From Squalus acanthias (taxonomy: Eukaryota), in assembly GCA_030390025.1 (NCBI GenBank), contig JASTWF010000080.1, positions 62,001 to 126,000 of the forward strand: DNA of 64,000 nucleotides, written 5' to 3'. A program made the translations under genes and the position numbers. Below the pieces are notes generated by a model that was given only the letters and a program-made list of their open reading frames with translations, ran no database searches and had not been told where the DNA came from. Below, piece by piece: positions 43,801 to 58,277 of the stretch (the stretch's first letter is position 1; every line of letters begins with the position of its first letter).

Positions 43801-46800
43801 CGGATGTCTGGTTTGTCCCCTTCATTATCGTATTCAGATTCTCCTTTGCTGTGGTTGACAGTGTGTTCCCGACACCTGTGAGATATTCCCAGTATTCCAC
43901 ATCGAAAGCGTCTGCCATGAACTGCTGCCTGGGGATCATCCGACGGATATCAGTGTCATGATAATCAATTTGAACTCCCTTCACCATCGCAACATTAGTA
44001 ACCTCGGGAAAGTCACTAATGCCAGAGATTGCTGTGTATATCACAGTAAGTGAGTTAGTGTCTGTAAAATAAACAATTAAAGGGACAGGTTAATGAACAT
44101 TTACAAACACTGTTCAAAGTGAAGCCCATTCACACAATGAAACTCTCCAATAGTCCACCACTTTATCGCAACGTCTGAGATTATAAATATAATAGAATTA
44201 AACTGGGTCAGAATAGATGCCTGCAGCCCCTCCAAACAGGGAGTAAACATGGAATCAGAGTCACTGAGAAGCCCGATGGAGTCCGTGAGGAGATGTGGGA
44301 GAGTCTGGGACACATTCGAGGGGTTGTGGTGTGAAACAGAAGGGGGTAGAAATTAGGTCGCGCCCCATTTGGGGCGCTAATATCGTCTGGACGCAAATAT
44401 TAGCGCCTGGCGCTAATTATCGGCACTGACTGGAAACTTCACTTTTACCGCCCCGGGAGGTGAGTGGAGCGCTAAAGCAGGCGCTGTACACCTGTCTTAA
44501 GGCACAAAGGCCGAGGAGTGAGGCGCTAACTCAGAGCGCTGACGAAGCTCATGTAATGTCAGTCAGCAATGGAACACACACACAATGGCACGGGCCAGTT
44601 CTTAAAGGGGATGGTTAATCTTGCTTTCCATCCACATCCTGTTCATTGCAGCCTTGAATCTCGGCCTGGAGAGACTTGCACATCAAATGTGCTGGAAAGA
44701 ACAATGGAGAGTACCAGGCAAAGAGCTCAGAGTGCAGCTCCCACAGTCTCTGCTAAATCGATACAAGGAATGGCAAATCAAAATGAACCTGCAAAGTGCT
44801 GCTCAGTACCCAAAACTCCTTCACACAACGTTGAATCTGTCCAGAAGTCTCTCCCTCTCTCTCTCAGAATGCGTAGTTCAAAAATGCCACCAACAATAAA
44901 AGACAGGAAGAGGCCCCCTTTAAATAGCGCCCCCCCCAGCCCCACAGCGATTGATAGTGTTCCAGTCTTCTGGTCGTTGGATGCGCCAGGCGGTAAGGCA
45001 GGGGGCGCCACTCAATTTCCGCTCCGGGGCGCCACAAGGGCGTTGCACCATGGAATGACGTCACAATCTGCGCGCGCAGGTGGTCGCAGCGGTAAGTTTT
45101 AGCGCCGCCGCACAATGTCAAGTTAAGTTCCCGAGCGGCGCAAACATCGCTGCGCCCGGGCGTTAGCGGCTTTGCGCCCCATTAGCGCCCTCTTAAGGTG
45201 CTAACGGGAGGCGCAACCAACTGAATTTTTACCCCAAGATCTCTAAGCTGGAACAGTAACCTGGGACACACCCGGTCTATCTCTAACCAAGGAACAGTAA
45301 CCTGGGACACACCCGGTCTATCTCTAACCAGGAACAGTAACCTGGGACACACCCGGTCTATCTCTAACCTGGAACAGTAACCTGGGTCACACCCGGTCTA
45401 TCTCTAACCAGGAACAGTAACCTGGGACACACCCGGTCTATCTATAACCAGGAACAGTAACCTAGGACACACCGCGTCTATCTCTAACCTGGAACAGTAA
45501 CCTGGGACACACCCAGTCTATCTATAACCAGGAACAGTAACCTAGGACACACCCGGTCTATCTCTATCCTGGAACAGTAACCTGGGACACACCCGGTCTA
45601 TCTGTAACCAAGGATCAGTAACCTGGGACACACCCGGTCTATCTCTAACCTGGAACAGTAACCTGGGACACACCCGGTCTATCTCTAACCTGGAACAGTA
45701 ATTTGGGACACACCCGGTCTATCTCTAACCTGGAACAGTAACCTGGGACACACCCGGTCTATCTCTAACCTGGACCAGTAACTTGGGACACACCCGGTCT
45801 ATCTCTAACCAGGAACAGTAACCTGGGACACACCCGGTCTATCTCTAACCAGGAACAGTAACCTGGGACACACCCGGTCTATCTCTAACCTGGAACAGTA
45901 ACCTGGGACACACCCGGTCTATCTCTAACCTGGAACAGTAACTTGGGACACACCCAGTCTATCTCTAACCAGGAACAGTAACCTGGGACACACCCGGTCT
46001 ATCTCTAACCTGGAACAGTAATTTGGGACACACCCGGTCTATCTCTAACCTGGAACAGTAACCTGGGACACACCCGGTCTATCTCTAACCTGGACCAGTA
46101 ACTTGGGACACACCCGGTCTATCTCTAACCAGGAACAGTAACCTGGGACACACCCGGTCTATCTCTAACCAGGAACAGTAACCTGGGACACACCCGGTCT
46201 ATCTCTAACCTGGAACAGTAACCTGGGACACACCCGGTCTATCTCTAACCTGGAACAGTAACTTGGGACACACCCAGTCTATCTCTAACCAGGAACAGTA
46301 ACCTGGGACACACCCGGTCTATCTCTAACCTGGAACAGTAACCTGGGACACACCCGGTCTATCTCTAACCTGGAACAGTAACCTGGGACACACCCGGTCT
46401 ATCTCTAACCAGGAACATTAACCTGGGACACACCCGGTCTATCTCTAACCTGGAACAGTAACCTGGGACACACCCGGTCTATCTCTAACCAGGAACAGTA
46501 ACCTGGGACACACCTGGTCTATCTCTAATCAGGAACAGTAACCTGGGACACACCCGGTCTATCTCTAACCAGGAACAGTAACCTGGGAAAAAACCCGGTC
46601 AATCTCTAACCTGGAACATTGACCTGGGATAAATCCAACTCTATCGGAAACTTAACCAGGGGACATCTGGAGAGAGATATTGAGGAGACCCTCCTGACCA
46701 GGGAATATCTGGAGAGAGATCTTGAGGAGATCCTTCTGACCAGAGAACATCTGGAGAGAGATATTGAGGAGACCTTTCTGACCAGGGAACATCTGGAGAG

Positions 46801-48854
46801 AGGAATTGTGGATAACCCGAGGGCAGGTCTGTTGTTTATCGTCATAACCAGGAAACATGTGGGAATAAAAATTCGATTGCCCCTGAAAACGGGTGCGGGG
46901 ATCTCAACGCGCAATCAACCCACACCCGGTCAAAGTACTGCAGGAAGCACGCAAACTTCGTGCTGTCTGGTAAATATGATTGTAACGTGCAGCCAACGCT
47001 TAACATGCTGCTGAGAGGCTGCATGCCTCAGCAGGGGGCCCAAGTTCTTGCGAGGCTAGCACCACTTAAAGCTAGCCTGCACTACTTAAAGCCAGCCTGC
47101 ACGTCTTAAAGGGGAGGTGCATTCTGGCTGCAGCAGGTACTGGAAGTCATTGTAGAGGTGTATGTGACCTACAGGTAGAATGAAGATGATGCAACATGGC
47201 AGAGAGGGCTCCCAGATTTTCTGATGCAGTACTCGAGGGCTCCCAGATTTTCTGATGCAGTACTCGAGGGCCTGGTGCAGCAGGTGGACAGGAGGAGAGA
47301 TGTCGCTGAATCCACAGGGGACCAGGAGGCCCTCCAGACAAACTGTGAGAAGGCAATGGGAGCAGAAAGCCGTCGTGGTCAATGCCAGCAGGGCAAGAAG
47401 TTTAATGACCTCACGCCAGTGGTCACGGTCAGTGAATTCATCTTCAAATGCCACATCCTTACAACTGAACCACTGCTCAATTCATCACCCGCCCCTCCTT
47501 CACTCTCACCTACCAACAAACTCCATCAATCACGATTCATACCTCACATTCATAGCACCACCTCACCCTCACAAACTTAGCACTGCTGAACCCTCACACC
47601 CACAGCTCACACCTTGCACACACTGCCAGCTATTCAACCATGACAGCCACATCACCCAAACACAAGGTGGATACAAACTACTGCACCCATGTCTGGGAGC
47701 AACTAATCTAAGCAGAAGCCTTGAAGTAAGCTGCCACACCACTCCCTGGAGACTTCAGCAACTTCAAATAAGATAACAAGCCACCAAACACTTCTACAAA
47801 CTCACCAAGAGCCAGTAGAAATCAATCAGCACCTAACCTGAAAGCAGTTGATGGTCCCTTTAAATAGCGCTGGTGGGCGGTCCTCCCAGCATGTTCAGCT
47901 GTGTGTCTTTAAAAGAGGGCGTTAGCTGGAGTGTGGAGCTCAAAAATGGCAGCGCTGGTGTCAAATCACCATTACACACTGACTGACGTCACGATCTGCC
48001 TACCCTGCAAACTTCCGGCATACACTCCCAGCGCCCGCGCTGACAAACTACCCAAAATGGTGTCCGCGCGGCCCACACCAGAAGCGGGTGCGCGTGGCGC
48101 GGAATCCATTTTAGACACAAAACGCCACCCGTAGCACCAAAAAACCAAGCGCTACCGAGTCGAATTTCGCGGCCGTGGTGTGAGAGAATTCAGAAATGAA
48201 CAGAAGGGAAACAGTGATATTTGGGAAGATGAAGTGCGTTGCCATGGGGTGCGGTCACTCTAGGAACAGTCTGCCTGTCGACCAGGGGTGATGGACAATC
48301 AGGGGCAGCAGCTCCACTGTGCTTCACAGATCCTGTAATGACCACTTTACACATGGGCAGTAGGGGCCCAAAGGATGTTGGTGGTGGATTGTCTGAGATA
48401 ACCTGGCCTATTCAACCACGAGGGCATCACAGCTGAGCCTGGCGTGGGTTAAACATGGATTATCCTCCCCGCACAGTTCAGAATACTTTAGTCCAGGAGA
48501 GGTGAAGCTGTTTCCCGTCTCCCAAACAATGTGAACATTAAAATTGCCCATTTCAACCATTTTCCACTTGCTACAAGCCTCTCTGCTCTCCGTATTCCTG
48601 CGTGTTGCTGTCAGGAGGCCTGCGCACAACTCCCACCGCAGGCTGACGGCCTGTGCTGGCTCCAATGGTGTGAAATATCAGGCAGGATGTAGAACCGGCG
48701 GCCGATCAAACATCACCCGTTTCAAACTCTCGCCAAAAGCTCAAAATCACCCACACACACAGAGAGAGAGAGTGAGAATGGAGGGATGAGTTCTGTACTT
48801 ACCGGGAGAGACCCAGGAAAAACACAGGGATATGGAGAAAAGAATCAGCAACAT
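37860..48854 (-). CDS. Nonclassical MHC class I heavy chain, gene 2 (apparently complete)
   Basis: Exons: leader 48803-48854, alpha1 43801-44061, alpha2 40716-40991, alpha3 40320-40598, TM 38664-38777, putative cytoplasmic exon 37860-37891 ([10 protein letters not shown]). GT-AG boundaries, phase 1, no stops. Confidence 0.9.
38040..38350. repeat. 15-bp G-rich repeat (GAGGGCGAGGGACTG); expanded paralog at 58457-59215
   Basis: Direct inspection; lies in the intron before the cytoplasmic exon. Confidence 0.9.
38664..38777 (-). CDS. MHC class I gene 2 TM exon
   Basis: [38 protein letters not shown]. Confidence 0.87.
39118..40270 (+). mobile_element. Rearranged CR1 remnant in the gene 2 alpha3-TM intron, with an opposite-strand CR1 fragment at 39394-39741
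   Basis: Paralogous to 8770-10285; the minus-strand piece reads [36 protein letters not shown]. Confidence 0.8.
40320..40598 (-). CDS. MHC class I gene 2 alpha3 exon
   Basis: IgC1 domain with both cysteines; 279 nt. Confidence 0.93.
40716..40991 (-). CDS. MHC class I gene 2 alpha2 exon
   Basis: GVHIFQW...[23 protein letters not shown]; 276 nt. Confidence 0.92.
41519..43205. repeat. 39-bp satellite array in intron 2 of gene 2 (~1.7 kb)
   Basis: Same unit as 11439-23918. Confidence 0.96.
43801..44061 (-). CDS. MHC class I gene 2 alpha1 exon
   Basis: DTNSLTVIYTAISGISDFPE...FDVEYWEYLTGVGNTLSTTAKENLNTIMKGTNQTS; 261 nt. Confidence 0.9.
44343..45235. mobile_element. 893-bp non-autonomous TIR element in intron 1 of gene 2
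   Basis: TIRs GGGGTA.AAATT; 3-bp TSD AAG (44340-44342 / 45236-45238). Confidence 0.78.
45241..46800. repeat. 40-bp minisatellite plus 42-bp repeat, intron 1 of gene 2
   Basis: Same unit as 25712-26750, with more copies. Confidence 0.95.
46862..48174 (+). mobile_element. Harbinger-derived element with a Myb/SANT remnant, copy 2
   Basis: GTG TSD at 46859-46861 and 48175-48177; near-identical to 26809-28121. Confidence 0.72.
48803..48854 (-). CDS. MHC class I gene 2 leader exon
   Basis: MLLILFSISLCFSWVSP + G|GTAAGT. Confidence 0.85.
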
Positions 48855-48919
48855 TCTGGGAATCCACTGCCCCTTTTCCAATCGGTGACTGGGAATAAAA
48901 TACTCCCAGTGAGTCACAT

Positions 48920-49115
48920 CTACTGTTTATAGACTGAAAAATACCCCAAATAAACATCAAGTCAATCCAGGCTCCACTTTCCTGTTTATCTCGAGGGTGA
49001 CTGATTGGTTACTCTGAGAAAAACACCAATTAAAGGGATAAACAGTTGCCTGTCACCAGTTACTGGGAGGATCAAACTCAGGCAGATTGAGAGTCAGCCT
49101 GTGAAACAGAAACTA
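48920..49115 (-). promoter_or_regulatory. MHC class I proximal promoter of gene 2 (ISRE, X1/X2, Y, CCAAT, TATA)
   Basis: ISRE 49102-49114, X 49050-49067, Y 49026-49030, CCAAT 49004-49008, TATA 48926-48931. Confidence 0.75.
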
Positions 49116-49346
49116 GAGAGAGACTGAACCACCTGGGACACCAGCTCCAGTGTAAAGGGAGGAGACACTGAGATCCCGGGCTCCCCCGTCACAGTGAACA
49201 CACTGACACTGGTCCCCCTCCCCCGGAAACCTTAAAACTGGCTCTGCTCCAGACTGGAGTAACACCACAACATCTTACAGTTATCGACCACATTTAATAG
49301 AGTGAACATCACACGGGACATCACAGAGCAACTCACCGAGCGGGGG

Positions 49347-51001
49347 AGAGTGAGGGGAGGAGACAAACTAACAGGAGTGAGGGGAGGGGGTCAAACTAAC
49401 AGGGAGTGAGGGGAGGGGGTCAAACTAACAGGGAGTGAGGGGAGGGGATCAAACTAACAGGGAGTGAGGGGAGGGGAGGGGAGGGGTCAAACTAACAGGG
49501 AGTGAGGGGAGGGAGTCAAACTAACAGAGAGTGAGGGGAGGGGTCAAACTAACAGGCAGTGAGGGGAGGGGTCAAACTAACAGAGAGTGAGGGGAGGGGG
49601 TCAAACTAACAGGGAGTGAGGGGAGGGGGTCAAACTAACAGGGAGTGAGGGGAGGGAGTCAAACTAACAGAGAGTGAGGGGAGGGGGTCAAACTAACAGG
49701 GAGTGAGGGGAGGGGGTCAAACTAACGGAGTGAGGGGAGGGGATCAAACTAACGGAGTGAGGGGAGGGAGTCAAACTAACAGGGAGTGAGGGGAGGGGGT
49801 CAAACTAACAGGGAGAGAGGGGAGGGGTCAAACTAACAGAGAGTGAGGGGAGGGGGTCAAACTAACAGAGAGTGAGGGGAGGGGGTCAAACTAACGGAGT
49901 GAGGGGAGGGGGTCAAACTAACAGAGAGTGAGGGGAGGGGGTCAAACTAAGAGAGTGAGGGGAGGGGGTCAAACTAACGGAGAGTGAGGGGAGGGGGTCA
50001 AACTAACGGAGAGTGAGGGGAGGGGGTCAAACTAACAGGGAGTGAGGGGAGGGGGTCAAACTAACAGGGAGTGAGGGGAGGGGGTCGAACTAACAGGGAG
50101 TGAGGGGAGGGGATCAAACTAACAGGGAGTGAGGGGAGGGGAGGGGTCAAACTAACAGGGAGTGAGGGGAGGGGGTCAAACTAACAGAGAGTGAGGGGAG
50201 GGAGTCAAACTAACAGAGAGTGAGGGGAGGGGTCAAACTAACAGGGAGTGAGGGGAGGGGTCAAACTAACAGAGAGTGAGGGGAGGGGGTCAAACTAACA
50301 GGGAGTGAGGGGAGGGGGTCAAACTAACAGGGAGTGAGGGGAGGGGATCAAACTAACGGAGTGAGGGGAGGGAGTCAAACTAACAGGGAGTGAGGGGAGG
50401 GGGTCAAACTAACAGGGAGAGAGGGGAGGGGTCAAACTAACAGAGAGTGAGGGGAGGGGGTCAAACTAACAGAGAGTGAGGGGAGGGGTCAAACTAACAG
50501 AGAGTGAGGGGAGGGGGTCAAACTAAGAGGGAGTGAGGGGAGGGGGGCAAACTAACAGAGAGGGGAGGGGTCAAACTAACAGAGAGTGAGGGGAGGGGTC
50601 AAACTAACAGGGAGTGAGGGGAGGGGATCAAACTAACAGGGAGTGAGGGGAGGGGGGCAAACTAACAGGGAGTGATGGGAGGGGTCAAACTAAGAGAGAG
50701 TGAGGGGAGTGGGTCAAACTAACAGGGAGTGAGGGGAGGGGTCATACTAACAGAGAGTGAGGGGAGGGGTCAAACTAACGGAGAGTGAGGGGAGGGGTCA
50801 AACTAACAGAGAGGGAGGGGAGGGGATCAAACTAACGGAGAGTGAGGGGAGTGGGTCAAACTAACGGAGAGGGAGGGGAGGGGGTCAAACTAACAGGGAG
50901 TGAGCGGAGGGGGTCAAACTAACAGAGAGTGAGGGGAGGGGATCAAACTAACAGAGAGTGAGGGGAGGGGGTCAAACTAACAGGGAGTGAGGGGAGGGGG
51001 T
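49347..51001. repeat. G-rich ~30-bp minisatellite (repeat A) upstream of gene 2
   Basis: Same unit as 29300-30993. Confidence 0.95.
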
Positions 51002-54000
51002 TGTAAGATTTCAATTGATCTCAGAGTTCTTGGAGAAGACACCAACAGGCAGCAGCCAGTAAGTTTGAGCAATAGATCAGATTTATTAAGCTTACAGCGT
51101 AATCAATACTTAACAACAGGCGATAGTTTTAACGAGTCTCTGGAGCCTCTCGGACACAGATGACGTCGTCTTAAGTTTGTTCCTTTGTTCTCGCAGTAAG
51201 TCTGTGTAAAGTTGTTCTTTGAGTGTCGAGGTTTTAACCCTTTTCTCATCAAAAGTTCGCTCAGCCAGTGTCCATAGTCTTTAACAAATCATCTTCTTTA
51301 ATTGGTTCCAATGGTAAAAATACCATCGTCACTCAGACTAAGGGTAGCTTCTTGCCTTTCCAGTATTTATCCTACAACTTTACCCTGTTCATCGTTATCT
51401 TGTTTATAGTTCTTCACCCCATTGGAATTCATCTTATCTCTCTTATTCTAGGTTCCCTGGTACAAGCAGTGTTAAGGAAACTCTCATTAAGCTTAGCATT
51501 ATAATATGTTATTTACCAATTTAACCTTCACTCGCAGCCTGTGGCTGTTTGTTATCAGAGCGGAGTCAAAACTGCTTTTGACTGTCTCCGCGGCTATATT
51601 CGAACAGTCTTTAACATTTCCATACCCACAGGGAATTATGGGTAAGATTAGTTGGTCAATGGCTACCTTTGACTTTATACATATGAGATTTCTCTAAATA
51701 CCAGTCTTTCGTACAGTCCCCACCTCGAGGATGAAATGTTTCAAACATTGATTCCTCGACTATTTCAATCTATTCTCTGACAAGAATTGTTGCAAATTGG
51801 AGTCCTCTAATTGAGGGGAACGGAGCGCTACTCAAAGGAGGTTTTATCCCCCTTGTCATTATAGGTCTGGGTTCTAACTATGACATTCCCAGGGGCCGAC
51901 CCTTTACTATTGTCATGGCTGAGGGACACCCCGGGGTCTCCCTAACCATCATGTCGGCCGTGCTGATATTCCTTTCCTTCCAGTGCGTCCCAGTCTATCA
52001 TTTCTCCTCCGCCCGCTGCTCCTACTGCTGAATCATACGATCTGGCAGTGGTGACCCTGATCTGACCCCGCCTGGGGTCTCCTCTACATTGCTTCGGATC
52101 TTCTCTTTCGGTGTGCTTAATTAATTTGTTGGTGCTGCTTAGTCATAGGCATGAGTACACAATTGGCTTATCCATCGAAGTCTTACTACACGGGTTACAT
52201 ATATCAAATACACTATCATTACAAGTTGGACAACTAACTGAGCGTGTGAATTAATTCGAACCTAAGGGTGTGCTGATATATCAAGGCCAGTATCCCACCA
52301 GTGTGAGTTTCCCCTTTGCTGTTAATTTCAATATCTATTCTCGAGTTGTCTTGCTCCAAAACATCAAAATGCTTCAGGGAGGAGTTCAGTCACATCATGA
52401 GCTCACTGAAACCCCCAGACAACAGGGGACTGTAGTATCCGAATTGTGCCACATAATTGTGCCGCTCATACTTAAGTATCTCATTTACTGTCAGTTTCAC
52501 TTGAGCATAGGATCTGATATCGAGTAAAACAAGTTGGTTGATGGGACAGGTGCTGTTCGACCCGTAGATCATGGTAGTTGCGGTAGTAGTGACACAGGAG
52601 GCACCACCAAAATCACCTCATTCTGGATTCGTTCTGGTTTTTCCCACGAGCTGTTACCTACAAAACACAATTATTACAGTCACAGTTAAATTCAGTCTTA
52701 CAATCATTTCACGCGACAACTAATCAACAAATCAGATCTCTCTTTTACTCGTATCCATCTTGTGGATAATTCATGTTAAACATGATTTCTCCTCAGCCCT
52801 CAATTGTCCCAATCCAAATTTCATGTAACTCTCCACTTCAACTACGATTTCATTCCCTCTAACAGGTACCAGTGTGTTTAACTCTATTCTGATTGTTTCA
52901 TTAATTAGATAGTTTCTCGATGGAGTATGCGTCAATGCTTTAAAAGTTGTCTCACTCTCCTGAGCCACATTAACCATTTCATGTCGTGCTGTTGTCAAGT
53001 AACTGAGCATGTCTGAGACCCGTTCTTCAGTGCAGATTCACCATACATTTCCGGATGGTAATTGCTCCATACGCACAAATCACATTTGCACACTCGTACC
53101 GGTATCTCACTATCATGCCAAACGTGCCATCCGATACAAGCCATTCCCGGGCTTTCAGATGATCCTATCAAAAGATTGTAGTTGTCTGGAGATCTTTGCT
53201 CATCTTCCTCTGCATGGTCCCGCTGTCTTGGGTAGTGGCCAGACTATCAATTCAGTTTTCTTAAAAAGTACATAGGCAAGGCACAAATGTCTCCAAGAGA
53301 AAGCTGTCAATTTACTATTTGTAACTACACTTTCCTGACTTTCACTAGAAAGTTAGGAAAATTCCCATTTGATGGTGTAATTCTCCTGTTTCTATCTTAC
53401 ATAGAAACATAGAAACATAGAAAATAGGTGCAGGAGTAGACCATTCGGTCCTTCGAGCCTGCACCGCCATTCAATGCGTTCATGGCTGAACATGCTACCT
53501 CAGTACCCCATTCCTGCTTTCTCGCCATACCCCTTGATCCCCCTAGTTGTGAGTATTATATCTAACTCCCTTTTGAATATATTTAGCGAACTGGCCTCAA
53601 CAACCTTCTGTGGTAGAGAATTCCACAGATTCACCACTCTCTGGGTGAAGAAGTTCCTCCTCATCTCAGTCTTAAATGGCTTCCCCTTTATCCTTAGACT
53701 GTGACCCCTGGTTTTAGTTCCCCTAACATTGGAAACATTCTGCCCGCATCTAATTTGTCTAAACCAGTCAGGATTTTAAACGTCTCTATAAGATCCCCCC
53801 TCATTCTTCTGAACTCCAGAGGATACAAGTTCAGTTGATCCAGTCTTTCTTGCTATGTCAGTCTAGCCATCCCAGGAATCAATCTAGTGAACCTTCGTTG
53901 CACTCCCTCAATAGCAAGAATGTCCTTCCTCAAGTTAGGAGACCAAAACTGCACACAATACTCCAGGTGTGGCCTCACCAAGGCCCTGTACAACTGTAGC

Positions 54001-57000
54001 ATCACCTCCCTACTCCTGTACTCAAATCCCCTTGCTATGAAGGCCATCATGCCATTTGCTTTCTTGACTGCCTGCTGCACTTGTCTTCCCACCTTCAGTG
54101 ACTGATGTACCATGACGCCCAGGTCTCGTTGCACCTCCCCTTTCCCTAATCTGCCACCATTCAGGTAATAATCTGCCTCCCTATTTTTACCACCAAAGTG
54201 GATAACCTCACATTTATCCACATTGTACTTCATCTGCCATACATTTGCCCATTCACCCAACCTGTCCAAGTCACTCTGTAGCCTCCTAGCATCCTCCTCA
54301 TTGTTCACACTGCCTCCCAATTTAGTGTCATCCGCAAATTTGGAGATATTACAATTAATCCCTTCGTCCAAATCATTAATATATAATGTAAACAGCTGGG
54401 GCCCCAGCACCGAACCCTGCGGTACCCCGCTGGTCACTGCCTGCCATTCTGAAAAGTACCCATTTACTCCTACTCTTTGTTTCCTGTGTGCCAACCAGTT
54501 CTCAATCCACGTCAACACATTACCCCCAATCCCATGTGCTTTAACTTTGCACACCAATCTCTTTTGTGGGACCTTGTCGAAGGCCTTCTGAAAGTCCAAA
54601 TACACCACATCTACAGGTTCCCCCCCGTCCACCCTATTGGAAACATCCTCAAAAAATTCCAGAAGATTTGTCAAGCATGATTTCCCTATCACAAATCCAT
54701 GCTGACTTGGACCTATCATGTCGCCACTTTCCAAATGGTCTGTTATGACATCTTTAATAATTGATTCCATCATTTTACACAACACCGATGTCAGGCTGAC
54801 CGGTCTATAATTCCCTGCTTTCTCCCTCCCTCCTTTTTAAAAAAGAGGGGTTACATTAGCCACCCTCCACTCCATCGGAACTGATCCAGAGTCTAAGGAA
54901 TGTTGGAAAATGATCGTCAATGCATCCACTATTTCCAAGGCCACCTCCTTAAGTACTCTGGGATGCAGACCATCAGGCCCTGGGGATTTATCAGCCTTCA
55001 CCCTCAATCACTTCCTCTCTCCATTTTACACATCCCCTTAATTATCATTCATATCTCATTCATGAGCCTTGGAGGAACTTTACTGTCCAGTACAATATTT
55101 AAGATTGAAAACATAGATCAAACATTCTCACTTGGTCCAAGCTATTAACACTTTTTACTGATCAATATTTTAGAGGATCTTTTATTTTCCCAAAAGTAAC
55201 CCAATATATAGTGCCTGAGTCCATTTTGTCATTTCAAAATTATCCCAAAATCCAAACAGCAGTACTGTTAAACTGAAAGGTTTTGTCAATGTTCAATTTC
55301 ATTTCTATCAATTTATCTTCCATTTCTAATTTCAGAAACAAATGATTTCCAGGCTAGGTGGTTTACACAGTGTTTTAACATTAGAGACAGAAGTGTTACA
55401 ATTAGTTTACAAGGTAACTTCCATATAACAAAAGAAAGCAGAGAATCCATTGTGGCTCTGCTTAAGAGCCCAAGGGGTTAATTTATCAAATCATAATTTA
55501 CCTTCTGTCACTGTGGGGAAATATTAACTTAAAATTAAGAAACTTAAATTTAATAATGTCCAATACCTTTAAATTTCATTCAGCAATACTAAAGTTGTTG
55601 CTCGGTGAACTTAAACTGCTGTCAGTGGAAAGGGTTAACTCCTTTGCAGGTTTTTAAGAAGGTGGAGCGAAACATTGTCAGGCGCACGCAATTGCGTCAC
55701 TTCACGTAAATTAAAAAAATCTTTCCCGATCGAAAAAGACAGTTGTGTTTTCACACTTTAACTAAACACGAAGAGAACAGATAAAACAAAACAAAACAGC
55801 ACATGCTTGTAGGAAACAGTAAATTACGTCATATTTCTTATTGTCCTTTCTTCAGATGCCTTTCCAAATAACTGTAAAAACATTGAATACAACTGGAGAA
55901 AAATTAGTTTTTCACATTTAAACAAATCAAATCAAACTGCTTTGGAAGATTTCACCATAGCAACCACGATTCCAAGGTTAAATCTTAGACGGAAACTTAA
56001 TCTTTTGTTAAACAAACTTTTTGTTTTTCTTAGTTTTTCCACACCAGCTTAAATTAAATTGTAATTCAAGGTTTTCTTTCCAATTCTTGGGGCACAATCT
56101 TATTCACACATTCTTAAAACTTCCAAAATCCAACACAACACAAAAGGGTTAAATGCTTTTAACACAGAAGTGGGTGGAGCTAAAACACACACAATAGACA
56201 CTTTTTGTTTTAAAGACAAACTTTCAGACAAAAGGAATACTGTAACTACTTAAACATTCATAGTTAGGAAAACTTTTACTCTTTAACACACACTTTCACA
56301 CAAACTGAAATTCCAGCATTTTTTAAGGTTCCTTTCACTCAAATCTTGTGTTTTATTTGTTTCAGCACAGACGTGAATAACTTCCATGTCGGTAAAACTT
56401 TAAGTTTCTCTTTTTTTTCCTTTTTTGTAAATCGGCATCTCAGCAGCTTTTCCTGGCTTTCCAAATCCCTGTTTTTTTCCTTTTCTTTGCTGAATTTTCA
56501 GATTGGTTAGCCTGCAATTTAGATTTTTTTCCTTCTCTATCTCCCCACTCTCTCTCCTGCACTTTATGCTTCACCTCCTTCAGGCTATCTATCAACTGTT
56601 CCCAGTGATATGCCAACGCCATTGTATTTCTGGTTTTACTTTTTAACACGCTCTTTCCCGCTCCCTTCTTTCAGAGAGAAAAATACTCAGTCTAAGCAAC
56701 GATCACGTGCGTTTGACCAAGTCCCTCTGGTCCCCACAACCAGAACCTTACAACGCCCAACTCTGTGATCCCACTTCTGACACCACTGTAAGATTTGGAT
56801 CACAGGTCACACACAGATTACCCAAAGGTTCTTAGGAGTTGTAAGGCTTTTTATTAAAGAGCTACAGTTTAAAGCATAATCAGATATTACTACATGTGAT
56901 TGAAATAGATACAGTAGACACACAACCCGTGACAGATGAGGGCGATCTACGGCCCTAGAATGGAACGAAACAACTGGACAGACGGGGAGGCAGTACGGTG

Positions 57001-57522
57001 GTCTCGGATTGGCTGGATTCCTGCAGTCTGCGGTCACTTCCGTTGGGTCATCCCTCGAGCTGTAGGAGGTGTTAGGCTGCAGCCACCTTGGGGAAGCCTT
57101 CGCCCCTAACTGCCTGATTTCCCCTCTCGGTCGTCTACTTTTATAGTTATTTCAGTGGGCTGGTGATTACCTGGTGACAATCATTTGTTCCCCATCCCAT
57201 CGTCCAATTACAAGGGAGAGGTTACCTCTGACAGCCCCCTCCCAGTGTCATGAGGTCATTTTCCTCCTTATCTCTGTTCTAAAGGTCTTGTTGCCCTCTT
57301 GGAGATAGCTTGTTTATCCTACAGCTCCTTGCTACATCCCGTATCAGGCCTAGTTATGCCCACTCGAAGGCCTGTTTTTGTGTTCTGACATCATAATTCA
57401 GCTCTCTGTACAGCTATTTTTCTGACATGACTGGAATCTTTCTGTGTCATCAACTTAGGCAAACTGCTGATCGAGGGAACCCGTAACAGACTATTATTTC
57501 TTTCAATCCATGATTTCTTACA
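51002..57522 (-). mobile_element. Degenerate ERV-like element with non-matching LTRs (junction element, copy 2)
   Basis: LTR-A 51002-51715, LTR-B 56787-57522, PBS-Leu 56768-56785; near-identical to 30994-37522. Confidence 0.75.
53400..54999 (-). mobile_element. 5'-truncated CR1 LINE, duplicate copy with a premature stop
   Basis: ORF 53853-54785 is nearly identical to 33500-34786 but ends early. Confidence 0.93.
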
Positions 57523-58223
57523 AGTGTCTGGGAGGGTGAGACGGGGTCAGGAGGGGAGTGAGATTAGTCTGACCGGGTTGAACAGGGTCTGGAAGGGTGA
57601 GACGGGGTCAGGAGGGGAGTGAGATTAGTCTGACAGGGTTGAACAGTGTCTGGGAGGGTGAGTCGGGGTCAGGAGGGGGAGTGAGATTAGTCTGACAGGG
57701 TTTAACAGTGTCTGGGAGGGTGAGACGGGGAGTGAGATTAGTCTGACAGGGTTTAACAGTGTCTGGGAGGGTGAGACGGGGTCAGGAGGGGAGTGAGATT
57801 AGTCTGACAGGGTTGAACAGTGTCTGGGAGGGTGAGTCGGGGTCAGGAGGGGGAGTGAGATTAGTCTGACAGGGTTTAACAGTGTCTGGGAGGGTGAGAC
57901 GGGGTCAGGAGGGGAGTGAGATTAGTCTGACAGGGTTTAATAGTGTCTGGGAGGGTGATACGGGGTCAGGAGGGGAGTGAGATTAGTCTGACAGGGTTTA
58001 ACAGTGTCTGGGAGGGTGAGACGGGGTCAGGAGGGGAGTGAGATTAGTCTGACAGGGTTTAACAGTGTCTGGGAGGGTGAGACGGGGTCAGGAGGGGAGT
58101 GAGATTAGTCTGACAGGGTTTAATAGTGTCTGGGAGGGTGATACGGGGTCAGGAGGGGAGTGAGATTAGTCTGACAGGGTTTAGCAGTGTCTGGGAGGGT
58201 GAGACGGGCTTAGGAGGGGAGTG
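57523..58223. repeat. ~60-bp minisatellite (repeat B), unit 3
   Basis: Same unit as 292-1177. Confidence 0.93.
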
Positions 58224-58277
58224 AAAAAGTCACAAATACGTCAACAGGGGGAAAGAATCGAAACTTCACTTACTGAA